From the NCBI GenBank assembly GCA_963749915.1, contig CAVVOP010000008.1, forward strand, positions 672,001-736,000: a stretch of 64,000 nucleotides of DNA. The letters run 5' to 3'. The position numbers and the translations under genes were made by a program. Below, piece after piece: positions 63,474 to 64,000 of this stretch. Below the pieces are notes generated by a model. That model was not told where the DNA came from, did not search any database, and saw nothing but the letters and a program-made list of their open reading frames with translations. This DNA is from an uncultured cyanobacterium. GTDB taxonomy: Bacteria; Cyanobacteriota; Cyanobacteriia; Cyanobacteriales; Cyanobacteriaceae. Within the stretch, counting starts at the first letter, position 1; the number at the start of each line of letters is the position of its first letter.

Positions 63474-64000
63474 ATGGGACTTCTAATTAATGGTGTTTGG
63501 CATGACCAATGGTACGATACCAGTAAAACTCAAGGTAAATTTGTCCGTCAAGCATCCCAATTCCGTAACTGGATTACTGCCGATGGTAGTGCAGGAATAA
63601 CGGGAAAAGGGGGCTTTAAAGCAGAATCAGGGCGTTATCATCTTTATATCTCATTGGCTTGTCCTTGGGCACATCGCACCTTAATTTTTCGCACTTTAAA
63701 AGGACTAGAGGACATTATACCTATCTCTATCGTCCATTGGTTTATGGGTGAACATGGTTGGACATTCACATTAGGAGAAGGGGTAATACTTGATCCTTTA
63801 TTCAACGCCGAATACCTCCATCAAATATACACCAAAGCTGATGCTAATTATACTGGTAGGGTAACAGTTCCTATTCTTTGGGATAAAGAGACTCAAACCA
63901 TTGTTAATAACGAATCCTCCGAAATTATTCGAATTTTTAATAGTGCCTTTGATGAAATTGGTGCACAGGAAGGCGACTACTATCCTGTAGCCTTGAGAAC
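63474..64000 (+). CDS. Glutathionyl-hydroquinone reductase (YqjG-like GST), runs off the window
   Basis: MGLLINGVWHDQWYD...RYHLYISLACPWAHRTL...RVTVPILWD...IVNNESSEII. Confidence 0.92.
   Translation, partial: MGLLINGVWHDQWYDTSKTQGKFVRQASQFRNWITADGSAGITGKGGFKAESGRYHLYISLACPWAHRTLIFRTLKGLEDIIPISIVHWFMGEHGWTFTLGEGVILDPLFNAEYLHQIYTKADANYTGRVTVPILWDKETQTIVNNESSEIIRIFNSAFDEIGAQEGDYYPVALR

Noticed and set aside
1..64000. tRNA, rRNA, CRISPR arrays, prophage or integrase genes
   Set aside because: None recognised by eye.

Overview
AT-rich chromosomal window from a unicellular beta-cyanobacterium, probably Geminocystis/Cyanobacterium-like (inference from form IB rbcL-rbcX-rbcS, acsF, petN, ctaCDE and many GCGATCGC HIP1 octamers). 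Most of it is housekeeping (carB, sigF, clpB, rel/spoT, mtnA, ctaCDE, aroH, futA, acsF, pmgA, miaE, thiL, trmFO, rbcLXS), mixed with many IS remnants, MITEs and gene fragments. The standout is a compact five-gene operon at 18573-24621 that looks more GC-rich than its flanks. It encodes an ERG24/FACKEL-type sterol reductase, squalene epoxidase, an oxidosqualene cyclase (DCTAE motif, atypical product-determining residues), an ERG2/sigma-1-type sterol isomerase and a Neverland/KshA-type Rieske oxygenase. This is a candidate sterol/triterpenoid pathway in a cyanobacterium, with no CYP51 in the window and a MITE 57 bp upstream. Other notable items: a Ser/Thr kinase fused to an HsdR-N-like (DUF4145) domain and a PhnD-like domain; cphA2 next to a sensorless histidine kinase; a decapitated gene that starts exactly at a HIP1 site; and several MITE families with readable TIRs and, in two cases, TSDs. 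All calls come from motif recognition by eye; no searches were run.
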